Source: an uncultured Christensenella sp. (lineage in GTDB: Bacteria > Bacillota > Clostridia > Christensenellales > UBA1750). Taken from it: a stretch of DNA of 64,000 bases. Below the pieces are notes generated by a model that was not told the origin of the DNA, did not search any database, and saw only the letters and a program-made list of their open reading frames with translations. The first letter of the stretch is position 1, and every line of letters begins with the position of its first letter. Both the position numbers and the translations under genes were made by a program. This document shows positions 49,501 through 57,787 of this stretch, one piece after another. Location: the NCBI GenBank assembly GCA_948468595.1, contig CAOKIU010000003.1, forward strand, positions 11,213 through 75,212, read 5' to 3'.

Positions 49501-50847
49501 ATATTCGTCCACGATCTTGTCGTCCGCGCCGATTTTAACGGCGGCGATTTCGATGATTTTATCGCGGCCCGCGCGCAGGCCCGTGGTTTCGATATCCAGC
49601 ACCACGTATTCCCTGTCCACGCTGCCCTCGTCCGGGACGCTGACAATCACGCCGCTGTCATCGATCAAATACCCCTCCATGCCGGGGATGAGCTTGATGT
49701 TCTTGCCGCTCTTTTTGAGCTTTTTAACGGTGTCAAACGCCTCGGGATAGGCCTGCACCACGCCGTGGTCGGTGATGGCCACGGCCTCGTGCCCCCATTC
49801 GGCGGCGCGCTTGATGAGGGCGGAAGCGGAGGAAACGCCGTCCATGTTGGACATCTGCGTGTGCAAATGCAGCTCCACGCGCTTGACCTCCTCCTCGTCC
49901 CGCCGGGGGGTGAAGGGCATCTGCTGGATGTCGTCCACCATGAAGGAGACTTCCTTGGAAAAGTTGTCGTACTGGCAGCCGCCGCGCACCTTGACGCGGA
50001 TGCCGGGCTTGAGGCCGGAAACCTCCTTGCCCTCTCCCTGCTCGGTGTTGAGGAAGACCTTGCAGAGGATGGACCCGGTGTAATCCGTAACCCCAAAGGT
50101 GACCAGCGTCTTATACCCGCCGCGCAGCTCCTTGCTCTCCACGGGATCGAGCACAAAGCCCTCCACGCAGACGCGGCCGCTGGTCTCGTCCAGATCGCCG
50201 ATGGGGTCGTTTTTGCTCTGGGAGATCTTGCGGCCGTAGAGCACCTTGGGCCCTTCCGCCTTCTTTTTCTCCTTGGGCAGCTCGCCCATCTGGTCGATCA
50301 TCTCCTGGTCCAAGCGCCTGCGCTCCTCCAGATACTGCTCCAGCTTGATCTCCTGCTCGCGGGAGATGATCTGCACGGCGGCCTCGCGCCGGAACACGGC
50401 GGAGAGAATGTTGCCGATGATGCCGTCCGCGCCCCGCAGCAGCATGAGGTCCGCGGCGATTTTCTTTTGTACGGTGAGGGTGAGGGTGTTGTTCTCCACC
50501 GTCCAGGCCGCGCCGGCAAGGTGGGGCCTTACCGAGGGCATCTGGCTGATCAGCGCGCCGGAGAGCCACCCGGCGTATTTTTCGGGGTCCCGCATAAAGT
50601 CGTCCGCCAGCGTCGGGCAGGCCACGCTCACTTCCACCGCAAGGCCGCCCTTTTTGCCGAACATGCGCTTGAGCCCGTCCTGAAGGCAGGCGTACTCCTC
50701 CTTGGAGAGCACCGCGCGGGAGAGAAAGCGCACCTTCAGGCGCGCGCTCTTTTTGTGAACGGACACGCGCTCCAGGGTGAGCTTGTCCACCGGCGCGTCG
50801 GGCGCCACCTCCCGGAGCCGCTGTTTCCAATCCGCTTCCCCCGGCAT
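46531..50847 (-). CDS. polC: DNA polymerase III PolC-type (alpha subunit with 3'-5' exonuclease)
   Basis: ATG 50847, 7 nt after GGAGGG (the track ORF begins 49 codons upstream). PHP (VELHLHTQMSNMDG), exonuclease (YVVLDIETTGL) and a C-terminal ...LPETSQVSLF typical of PolC. Confidence 0.97.
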   Translation of the reverse strand: MPGEADWKQRLREVAPDAPVDKLTLERVSVHKKSARLKVRFLSRAVLSKEEYACLQDGLKRMFGKKGGLAVEVSVACPTLADDFMRDPEKYAGWLSGALISQMPSVRPHLAGAAWTVENNTLTLTVQKKIAADLMLLRGADGIIGNILSAVFRREAAVQIISREQEIKLEQYLEERRRLDQEMIDQMGELPKEKKKAEGPKVLYGRKISQSKNDPIGDLDETSGRVCVEGFVLDPVESKELRGGYKTLVTFGVTDYTGSILCKVFLNTEQGEGKEVSGLKPGIRVKVRGGCQYDNFSKEVSFMVDDIQQMPFTPRRDEEEVKRVELHLHTQMSNMDGVSSASALIKRAAEWGHEAVAITDHGVVQAYPEAFDTVKKLKKSGKNIKLIPGMEGYLIDDSGVIVSVPDEGSVDREYVVLDIETTGLRAGRDKIIEIAAVKIGADDKIVDEYHTMVNPGMRIPPDSIKVHNITDDMVAGAPCIQEAMPALADFCRGHVVCAHNAPFDIGFLRIDAANAGVTLPDQVLDTLPLARAVMTELKRHKLDQVCKKLDVKLDTHHRALFDTRATAHMLIRLLERAKARGVSTLRDLNDKLGQKVAAAGTSYHIVILAKERAGLENLYRLVSDAHLQHFDRRPHILKSELIKRRQGLILGSACEAGELIRAMVEGKSDKELERIAAFYDYLEIQPTGNNAFMVRQGLIKDEKGLQDLNRRVLALGDKLGKPVCATCDVHFLDPEDAVYREILMTGMGFDDADQQAPLYLRTTREMLDEFAYLGDRAREVVIDNPRKIADMVGEIKMFPKHPRDEETFQPQLPNAEREIESMAWENARNLYGDPLPEIVSARLERELKSILGHGFGTLYYSAHLLVKKSNEDGFLVGSRGSVGSSFAATMCNITEVNPLPPHYVCPQCRFSDFDVDVHQYPCGIDLPERKCPRCGADLLHNGYDIPFEVFLGFNGDKVPDIDLNFSGIYQHRAHEYVKELFGQGQVFKAGTIGTLADKTAYGYVKKWCEEKGHRATSVEMDRLVKGCVGVKRTTGQHPAGMVIVPDEYTIYQFSPIQHPADDKGSGIITTHFDFGSLHDILVKLDVLGHDDPTMINMLERLTHIKATELPLNDPKVLGLFSSPEPLDLAPNQIRGVTKGTLGIPEFGTKFVRQMLEDTKPSTMAELIRISGLSHGTDVWLNNAQDMILQGICKLNDCFCTRDDIMNYLISMDVAPKMAFTTMEAVRKGRGLTPEMEAAMREKNVPEHYIDSCKKIKYMFPKGHAAAYVMMALRVAWFKVYRPLEYYATFFTVRADNFDAILMLGTPEELDAEMNRIDKLGKYERTAKDDDTYTLLELVYEMRARGFDFLPVDLYKSTADEFLIEDGRIRPPFNRLPGVGGAAADALYAACQEAVREDRPFISVEDLKARAGASAGTIEQLRLSGALHGLPETSQVSLF

Positions 50848-51035
50848 CCGCTTTCCCTCCCATCTTTGAATTTCTATTTCTCCCGCGTTCACACGGCGCG
50901 CGGGCCTTCCGGCTGCGCCAATAAACCGCTTCCGGGCTTGCCCTTTGTTTACAACGGGGGCGCGCTGCCGCGCGCACCTTCCCTTTTCACCCACCGCGGC
51001 CGCATGGTGCGGGCTTTCCAGCCGCTCTAATCAGC

Positions 51036-51362
51036 CGCTAAACCGCATCCGGTGCTCCCATCCGTCCGCAACGGAGGCCCGCTTTAAACCGCGCTCCTTC
51101 CCTTTCTATCCGCAGGCGGCCGGCTGCGCCCGCACACTGTGCGGACATTCTGGCCGCGCCGACAAAGCCGCATCCGGTGTTCCCATCCGTCCGCAACGGA
51201 GGCCCGCTTTAAACCGCGCCTCTTCCCTTTCTATCCGCAGACGACCGGCCGCGCCCGCACACTGTGCGGGCATTCTGGCCGCGCCGACAAAACCGCATCC
51301 GGTGCTCCCATCTATCCGCAACAAGACCCGCTTTATACCGCGCTCTTCCCTTTGCCACCAGA
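51036..51362. repeat. 125-nt tandem repeat, about 2.7 copies, in the ispG-polC intergenic region
   Basis: ccgcatccgg recurs at 51043, 51168 and 51293. Units 1 and 2 are more than 90% identical by eye. Each full unit contains the hairpin GCCCGCAC-act-GTGCGG[A/G]C. Confidence 0.85.
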
Positions 51363-51405
51363 GAGCCGCCCGGATGCTCCCCCCGTCAACGGCGAAAACT
51401 CTCTT

Positions 51406-52497
51406 TTAGCCGCGCAGCACGCTGGGGGGCAGGCTCTTGCCCAGCTCCTTGGCGATGAGGCCGATTTCCTCCATCAGCGCGCCCAGCAGCTGGTCCTTGG
51501 GCACGCGGCGCAGCAGCACGCCGTGGCGGAACAGCGCGCCCGCCGTGCCCCCGCCCGCGATGCCCACATCCGCCTGCTTGGCCTCGCCCGGGCCGTTGAC
51601 CACGCAGCCCATGATGGCCACGGTGATGGGCAGCTCCACGCCCGCCAGGCGGGACTCCACCTCCTTTGCCAGACCGTCGACATCCAGCGCCTTGCGGCCG
51701 CAGGTGGGGCAGGAGACGATGTTGACCGCGTCGCGCCTTAAGCCGATGGCGCGCAGGATGTTGATGCCCGCGGCGACCTCGGGCACGGGGTCGCCGGAGA
51801 GCGAGACGCGGATGGTGTCGCCGATGCCGTCCAGCAGCAGCGCGCCGATGCCGATATCGCTCTTGACCGTGCCCATGCCCTTGCGGCCCGCCTCCGTCAC
51901 CCCCAAATGCAGGGGATAATCGCAGATCTCGGCCATGCGGCGGTAGGCCTGCACGTTGGCGCGCACGTCGGATGCCTTGAGCGAGAGGGCAATATCGTAA
52001 AACCCGTATTCCTCCAAGATGCGCACGTGCCGAAGCGCGGCCTCCACCATGCTCTCCGGCGTCACGCCGCGCGTTTCCACCAGATCCTTGGGCAGGCTGC
52101 CGGTGTTGACGCCGATGCGGATGGGCACGCCGTGCGCCTTGGCGCAGTCCACCATCCTGCGCACGTCCTCCTTGCGCTCGATGTTGCCCGGATTGATGCG
52201 CAGCTTGTGGATGCCGTTCTCCATCGCGCCCAGGGCGAGCCTGTGGTCAAAGTGAATGTCCGCCACCAGCGGCACGGGGGAGTAATCCACCAGCTTGCGC
52301 ACCGACTGCACGCACTTTTCGTCGTAGACGGAGACGCGCACGATGTCCGCGCCCGCCTTATGCAGTTTTTCGATCTGCGCCAGGGTGGCCATGGCGTCGC
52401 GGGTATCGGTGTTGGTCATGGACTGCACGCTGACGGGCGCTTCCCCGCCGATGGCCACCGCGCCCACGCGGATGGTCCTGCATTTTCTTCTGGTCAT
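51406..52497 (-). CDS. ispG: 4-hydroxy-3-methylbut-2-en-1-yl diphosphate synthase
   Basis: 363 aa. VQSMTNTDT, VRVSV and the C-terminal Fe-S Cys motif (SCPTCGR...GCVVNGPGE). Confidence 0.95.
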   Translation of the reverse strand: MTRRKCRTIRVGAVAIGGEAPVSVQSMTNTDTRDAMATLAQIEKLHKAGADIVRVSVYDEKCVQSVRKLVDYSPVPLVADIHFDHRLALGAMENGIHKLRINPGNIERKEDVRRMVDCAKAHGVPIRIGVNTGSLPKDLVETRGVTPESMVEAALRHVRILEEYGFYDIALSLKASDVRANVQAYRRMAEICDYPLHLGVTEAGRKGMGTVKSDIGIGALLLDGIGDTIRVSLSGDPVPEVAAGINILRAIGLRRDAVNIVSCPTCGRKALDVDGLAKEVESRLAGVELPITVAIMGCVVNGPGEAKQADVGIAGGGTAGALFRHGVLLRRVPKDQLLGALMEEIGLIAKELGKSLPPSVLRG

Positions 52498-53561
52498 ACG
52501 TTCACCCCAAATATCCTCAATATGTCGCGCCCCGTCAGCACCACGATCAGGCCCATGAGCACGACCAGGCCCACAAAATGTACGATGGCCTCGTGCTTGC
52601 GGGAAAGGTGCTTGCCCGAAACCGCCTCCACCGCCAGCAGCACCACGCGCCCGCCGTCCAGCGCGGGCAGGGGCAAAAGATTCATCAGCCCCAGGTTCAT
52701 CGAGATGATGACCGCTAAGTTTAGAACCATGGTCACGCCCTCGGCAAAGGACTGGGAGAAGGACTGCTTGGCGTATTCCGTCATGATGGATACGGTGCCC
52801 ACCGGGCCCGCCACCTGATCCAGCACATCCTTTTGCGTAAACATGCCTTTAAGGGTTTGAAACATGGTGCGCAGCAGCTCCCCGCAGTAGGAGAAGGAGT
52901 TGCCCACCGCCTTGAAAAAGCTCATGCGCACGCGCTCGACGCCGAAGGTGACGCCCATTAAGTACCGTCCGCTCTCCTGGTCGTACTGCTTGGCGACGCT
53001 CTGGTCAAACACCGCGCCGCCCCGGTCGACGGTCAGGGTGACGTCCCGCTCCCCCGTGTTGCCAATGGCCTGGCTGACCTCCTCGGCCGTGTTAAAGCGG
53101 GCGCCGTCCACGCCCACGATGGCATCCCCCGGCTGAATGCCCGCCAGGGCCGCGGGCGAGTTCTCCGTCACGCTCTCGATGCGGTTGACCAGGACGTATT
53201 CGCCCACCGCGGCCATGAGCATTACGGCCATAACCAGGGCCAGGACAAAGTTCATCAGCGGCCCGGCCAGCGTCATGGTCAGCCGCTTCCAGGCGGGCTG
53301 CAAATTGATGTTGCGCGGGTCATCCAGCTCGTCGTCGGGCGATTCCCCGGCAAAGGCGCAGAAGCCGCCCACCGGGAAGGCCCGGATGGAATAATCGATG
53401 TCGTTTTTGCGCCACGAGGCGATCTTGGGACCCATGCCGATGGCAAATTCCAGCACAGTCAGGCCGCAGGCCCTCGCCGCAAGGTAATGCCCCAGCTCAT
53501 GCACAAAAATGCAGACGCCCAGCACCACCAGCGCCAATAGGACGTAGAGAATCGTACTCAC
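52494..53561 (-). CDS. rseP: RIP metalloprotease RseP/RasP (site-2 protease with PDZ)
   Basis: HELGHY at the N-terminus, central PDZ (GIQPGDAIVGVDG) and C-terminal LNLLPLPALDGG. Confidence 0.93.
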   Translation of the reverse strand: MSTILYVLLALVVLGVCIFVHELGHYLAARACGLTVLEFAIGMGPKIASWRKNDIDYSIRAFPVGGFCAFAGESPDDELDDPRNINLQPAWKRLTMTLAGPLMNFVLALVMAVMLMAAVGEYVLVNRIESVTENSPAALAGIQPGDAIVGVDGARFNTAEEVSQAIGNTGERDVTLTVDRGGAVFDQSVAKQYDQESGRYLMGVTFGVERVRMSFFKAVGNSFSYCGELLRTMFQTLKGMFTQKDVLDQVAGPVGTVSIMTEYAKQSFSQSFAEGVTMVLNLAVIISMNLGLMNLLPLPALDGGRVVLLAVEAVSGKHLSRKHEAIVHFVGLVVLMGLIVVLTGRDILRIFGVNV

Positions 53562-53571
53562 GAAGATGAAT

Positions 53572-54021
53572 TCACCTCTTTAAAACAAAGTCCTGTTCGG
53601 GATACCCCTCAAAGTCGGAAAGCCTGTCGGGCGCAAAGCCCAGGGAGAGGTAGAACGGTCGCGCCGAGGCGCCCCGCGGGTCCCCCTGGCGAAAGGTCTG
53701 AACGCGCACATCCCCGTTGGGCATGTGCTCCAGCATGCGCTCCACCATGCCCCGGGCGATGCCGCGCCGCCGGCACGCCGGGTCCACCGCCAAGAAGCAC
53801 AGCATCCCGTGCTTGCATGAGTACAGCAGCGCGCCCACGACGCGCTCGCCCTCCAGGGCGCAAATCGCCTCGCCGCGGCGCATGAACTTTTCAACGGTTT
53901 CCTGGTGCTGCCGCAGCTTTTCCTCGGTTTCCAGGCCGGGGAAGTTGTCGCGCACGTCCCGGACCAATTCCATCCAGGCGCCGATGCGCTCCACCCCCGC
54001 GTGCACAATCGCTGTTGACAT
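53572..54021 (-). CDS. GNAT family N-acetyltransferase
   Basis: ATG 54021 after GAGGAGG. Motif A: LAVDPACRRRGIARGMVERML. Confidence 0.75.
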   Translation of the reverse strand: MSTAIVHAGVERIGAWMELVRDVRDNFPGLETEEKLRQHQETVEKFMRRGEAICALEGERVVGALLYSCKHGMLCFLAVDPACRRRGIARGMVERMLEHMPNGDVRVQTFRQGDPRGASARPFYLSLGFAPDRLSDFEGYPEQDFVLKR

Positions 54022-54088
54022 GATTCTCAACCTCCTCAGCTGGTCTGCGCTTGCTTGAGCCGCCATGCCCCGCGCTTGTTTCCAGCGC

Positions 54089-55237
54089 TTAAATCAGCCA
54101 CGGCCTTGCCGCCTTCAGCGCCGCCTCGCGCGCGCGGCGGTCCGCCTCCCAAATGTCCTCCACCGCACGAATCCGCGCCGGGGGCACGCGGTCCAGCGCC
54201 GCCTCCAGCACCTGCGGGATGCGGAAGAAGGGGAGGCTCCCCTTGAGCACCAGGTCCACCGCCACCTCATTGGCGCCGTTGAGCGTCACCGGCGCGTCGC
54301 CGCCCTGGTCCAGCACCCGGTAGGCCAGCCCCAGCGCGGGGAACCGGTCCAGGTCCGGCGCCTCAAAGGTGAGCGCGGCGATGCGCTTTAGGTCCAAGCG
54401 CTCGCCCACATTCGGCAGCCGCTCGGGGTAGCTCATGGCGTAGGCGATGGGCACGCGCATATCGGGCAGGCCCAGCTGCATCAGCGTGGCGCCGTCGGAG
54501 AATTCCACGCCCGAGTGCACGATGCTCTGCGGGTGTACCAGCACCTCGATGCGCTCCGGGGCCATGTCAAAGAGATACCGCGCCTCGATGATCTCCAGCG
54601 CCTTGTTGACCATGGAGGCGGAGTCCACGGTGATCTTGCGGCCCATGCTCCAATTGGGGTGCTTGAGCACCTGCGCAAGGGTGGCGCGCTCCATCTGCGC
54701 CTTGGTAAAGGTGCGAAACGGACCTCCCGACGCCGTTAAAACGAGGCGCGTGGGGCGGGCGTTCGGCCGGCCCTGGATGCATTGGAAGATGGCGCTGTGC
54801 TCGCTGTCCACCGGCAGCAGGGGCGCGCCGCACTCCTTTGCCGCGGCCATGACCAGCTCGCCTCCCGTCACCAGCGCCTCTTTGCTGGCCAGCAGCACCC
54901 GCTTGCCGTGCCGAATGGCGCACAGCACCGCCCCAAGCCCCGCAATGCCCACAACGGCAACAAGCACCGCATCGACATCCTCTCGCTTGCAGATGTCCAG
55001 CAGTGCTTCCTCTCCAAAGTCCCATTGGCATTCATTTGTCCCTAAAAAGCCCTTGGGCGGCTGGGTGAGCACCGCCTGATCCGGGCGAAACGCCGCGACC
55101 TGGCACAGCAGCGCTTCGGCGCTGCTCCTGGCCGCCAGCGCCACGACGCGGAAGCGGTCGGGATGCGCGGCCACAACGTCAAGCGCCTGCGTGCCGATGG
55201 AGCCCGTGCTGCCCAGGATGGCGAGTCTTAGCATCAT
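54089..55237 (-). CDS. dxr: 1-deoxy-D-xylulose 5-phosphate reductoisomerase
   Basis: ILGSTGSIGTQALDV NADPH motif and a PVDSEHSAIFQC block. Confidence 0.96.
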   Translation of the reverse strand: MMLRLAILGSTGSIGTQALDVVAAHPDRFRVVALAARSSAEALLCQVAAFRPDQAVLTQPPKGFLGTNECQWDFGEEALLDICKREDVDAVLVAVVGIAGLGAVLCAIRHGKRVLLASKEALVTGGELVMAAAKECGAPLLPVDSEHSAIFQCIQGRPNARPTRLVLTASGGPFRTFTKAQMERATLAQVLKHPNWSMGRKITVDSASMVNKALEIIEARYLFDMAPERIEVLVHPQSIVHSGVEFSDGATLMQLGLPDMRVPIAYAMSYPERLPNVGERLDLKRIAALTFEAPDLDRFPALGLAYRVLDQGGDAPVTLNGANEVAVDLVLKGSLPFFRIPQVLEAALDRVPPARIRAVEDIWEADRRAREAALKAARPWLI

Positions 55238-55255
55238 GTCTTCCCCCTTTGTCCG

Positions 55256-56056
55256 TCAAACGCCCAGCAGCATCGTGTAGATGCAAAGCGCAACCGCGTT
55301 GTACAAAATGCCGTCCAGCCGGTCCAAAAGGCCGCCGTGGCCGGGGAACATGGTTCCAAAATCCTTGACCTTGCAAAAGCGCTTGATGTAGGAGGCGACG
55401 ATATCGCCCACCTGCGTGGCCAGCGAGCCCGCAAGCCCCAGCCCAAGGAAGGTCCACACCGAAATGCCGTCCCGGAAGTAGAGGCTGACGCAGTAGACGA
55501 CCAGCGCGCTGAACAGCGACCCCATCACGCCGCCCACCGCGCCCTCCACCGTCTTGTTGGGACTGACCTTGGGGATGAGCTTGTGGCGGCCGAAGGCGCG
55601 GCCAAAGAAGAGCGCGAACCCATCGCTGCCCACGGACAGCGCGAACATCAGCCACACGTACAGCCGCCAATGCGCCAAATCGTTGTTCATCACCATGCAC
55701 ATGGCCATGATGGGGATGGCGGGATAGAACGCGGGCAGCAGCGCGGCGAGCATCTCCCCCGGGTCGGGCTCATGGCGCAGGGCGGCGGCGGCCATGGCGG
55801 CCATGGTCCCGGCAATCAGCAGGATCAGCAGGCCCTTTTCCCCCAGCCAGAGGTAGGCCGGTAGCAGCAAAAGCACATAAGGGTAGTATACCCACTTGAC
55901 CGGCCGAAAGCCGCCGGCGCTCAGGCTGCTAAGGATTTCGTGCGTCCCGATGATGAGCAGCAGCACCACGTTGACCATAAGGGCGGTCCTGCCCAGCAGC
56001 ACCATCGCCGCCACATAGGCGCCCGCCGCCAGCCCCGTGACCATTCTTTTCAGCAT
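55256..56056 (-). CDS. cdsA: Phosphatidate cytidylyltransferase
   Basis: Polytopic, with the C-terminal signature SDGFALFFGRAFGRHKL..VSPNKTVEG...KDFG...PGHGG.LDR.D. Confidence 0.93.
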   Translation of the reverse strand: MLKRMVTGLAAGAYVAAMVLLGRTALMVNVVLLLIIGTHEILSSLSAGGFRPVKWVYYPYVLLLLPAYLWLGEKGLLILLIAGTMAAMAAAALRHEPDPGEMLAALLPAFYPAIPIMAMCMVMNNDLAHWRLYVWLMFALSVGSDGFALFFGRAFGRHKLIPKVSPNKTVEGAVGGVMGSLFSALVVYCVSLYFRDGISVWTFLGLGLAGSLATQVGDIVASYIKRFCKVKDFGTMFPGHGGLLDRLDGILYNAVALCIYTMLLGV

Positions 56057-56089
56057 TCTTCTTAATTCCTTACTTTAATCCATATTCAA

Positions 56090-56815
56090 TCAAACCTTGC
56101 CAAAGCGGCGGTCCCGGCGCGCGTAGGCATCCAGCGCCGCGGCAAAGACCGCCGGGGAAAAGTCAGGCCAATTCTCCTTGACAAAGACGAACTCGGCATA
56201 GGCGCATTGATACAGCAGGAAGTTGGACAGCCGCTCCTCCCCGCTTGTGCGGATGAGCAGGTCCACCATGGGAAGGCCCGATGTGTAAAGCTCTCCCTCA
56301 AAGGCGGTCTCGCCGATGTCCTCCGGGGTCATTTCCCCGCTTGCGCACTTTGCGGCAAGCCGCTGCGCCGCGCGCACGATCTCCTGCCTCCCGCCATAGT
56401 TGAGGGCGATGTTGAGCTTGAGCCCCGCGTTGTTCTTCGTGCGCTCCATGGCCTGGCGCGCGGTCTCGCGCTGCACCTGGGGCACGCCCGCAAGGTCGCC
56501 CAGCATGCGGATGCACACGCCCTTTTGGTCCAGCTCGTCGATCTTCTTGTTGAAGAATTCGACGATCAGGCCCATGAGCTGGGCGACCTCGTCCTTGGGG
56601 CGGGCCCAATTTTCCGTGGAGAAGGCAAACAGCGTCAGCGCCTCGATCCCCCACGCCCCGCACAAGGAGATGATGGGCTCCAGGGCGACGACGCCCTGCC
56701 GGTGCCCCCAGGCCCTGGGCATGCCGTGCGCCTTGGCCCAGCGGCCGTTGCCGTCCATGATGATGGCCACGTGCCGCGGCATGAGCGCGGCGGGAATGGG
56801 CAGTTCCATGCTCAT
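56090..56815 (-). CDS. uppS: Isoprenyl transferase (undecaprenyl diphosphate synthase)
   Basis: HVAIIMDGNGRWA, FSTENW.RP and ERLSNFLLYQ. The third-codon ATG (56809) is an alternative start. Confidence 0.95.
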   Translation of the reverse strand: MSMELPIPAALMPRHVAIIMDGNGRWAKAHGMPRAWGHRQGVVALEPIISLCGAWGIEALTLFAFSTENWARPKDEVAQLMGLIVEFFNKKIDELDQKGVCIRMLGDLAGVPQVQRETARQAMERTKNNAGLKLNIALNYGGRQEIVRAAQRLAAKCASGEMTPEDIGETAFEGELYTSGLPMVDLLIRTSGEERLSNFLLYQCAYAEFVFVKENWPDFSPAVFAAALDAYARRDRRFGKV

Positions 56816-57012
56816 GGCTCCTCCTTTGGCGTATCCTCAAAAAGCGAGACGGTCAAAACCACCGTCTCGCCGCGCTCTACCGCGCGCACAACGCGCGCGC
56901 TCCCCGCCTTATCGGGCCGCTTGGGCGGCAGCGTCCACTCGACCTGGCAGGTCCGCCCGGCAAAAAGGGCCTCGGCCCGCGCAAGCGGCAGTCCCAGGGC
57001 GTCCCGCGTCAT
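56812..57012 (-). CDS. 66-aa stand-alone PASTA-like protein, translationally coupled between frr and uppS
   Basis: ATGA overlaps at both ends (frr stop / its start; its stop / uppS start). GC3-rich codons. GLPLARAEALFAG..CQVEWT.....DKAGSARVVRAVERGETVVLTVS follows the PASTA pattern (G.....A...L...G..v.........g.V....P..G..v.....V.L.vs). No signal peptide or TM helix. Confidence 0.5.
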   Translation of the reverse strand: MTRDALGLPLARAEALFAGRTCQVEWTLPPKRPDKAGSARVVRAVERGETVVLTVSLFEDTPKEEP

Positions 57013-57566
57013 ACGCCCATGAGCTCCTTTTCCTTTTCCGCGGTGATGGCGTCCACATCCTTGACGACCTTATCGGTGGCCTTCTGGATCTTATCCTCGG
57101 CGGTCTTCAGCTCGTCCTCGGTGATGGCGCTGTCCTTTTTCATCTTCTTGATCTGCTCGTTGGCCTCCCTGCGGATGGAGCGGATGGCGATTTTGCAGTC
57201 CTCGGCCAGCTTGCGGGTCTGCTTGACCAGCTCTTTGCGGCGCTCCTGGGTCAGCTCCGGCAGCAGCAGGCGGATGATCTTTCCGTCGTTGGAAGGGTTG
57301 ATGCCCAGGTCCGACTTTTGAATCTCCTTCTCGATGACCTTGAGCATATTCTGCTCCCAGGGCGCAATCTGGATGATGCGCGGCTCGGGAATGGAGATGT
57401 TGGCCACCTGATTGATGGGCGTGGGCGTGCCGTAATAATCCACCAGGATGCGGTCCAGCAGCTGCGGATTGGCGCGGCCCGCGCGCATGGAAGCCAACTC
57501 TTTTTTATACACAGAAACGGATTTGTTCATTTTGTCAAGCATGGTGTCGATTACCTGTTTGGTCAT
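57009..57566 (-). CDS. frr: Ribosome recycling factor
   Basis: 185 aa. RAGRANPQLLDRILVDYYG and NDGKIIRLLLPELTEERR. Confidence 0.97.
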   Translation of the reverse strand: MTKQVIDTMLDKMNKSVSVYKKELASMRAGRANPQLLDRILVDYYGTPTPINQVANISIPEPRIIQIAPWEQNMLKVIEKEIQKSDLGINPSNDGKIIRLLLPELTQERRKELVKQTRKLAEDCKIAIRSIRREANEQIKKMKKDSAITEDELKTAEDKIQKATDKVVKDVDAITAEKEKELMGV

Positions 57567-57608
57567 GAAAAAACGCCTCCTCCACTTAAAATCGGAATCA
57601 CCCCCTAT

Positions 57609-57637
57609 ATTGTATATAATTTGCTGACCAGTGGCAA
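57609..57637 (-). promoter_or_regulatory. Sigma-A-like promoter for frr
   Basis: Minus strand reads TTGCCA - 17 nt - TACAAT, about 40 nt upstream of the frr ATG. Confidence 0.5.
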
Positions 57638-57742
57638 GAGGTTTTGCTAAAAGAATGTAAACATTCTTTGTCCACGCGGCGTGCGCCGCGCTTTATGTAT
57701 ATGGCGCGCCGGCGGGAAAATTCCCCCTCGCCCGCCGCAAAG

Positions 57743-57780
57743 GGAGGAGCCGCCGGCTCCCTTGGGCCGGCGGCTCCTCC
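57743..57780. terminator. 15-bp perfect GC hairpin after the esterase gene
   Basis: GGAGGAGCCGCCGGC-tcccttgg-GCCGGCGGCTCCTCC. The weak U-tract on the minus strand (CTTTGCGG) is poorer than the plus-strand tail (CTTTGTTTTA). Confidence 0.5.
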
Positions 57781-57787
57781 CTTTGTT

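Noticed and set aside
51105-51114. DnaA-box-like motifs (tCTATCCgCA, 7/9 to TTATCCACA) recurring once per 125-nt unit upstream of polC.
   Set aside because: There are two mismatches per site, and no dnaA/dnaN or AT-rich unwinding element nearby. This is too weak to call a DnaA-binding array without a genome-wide box model.
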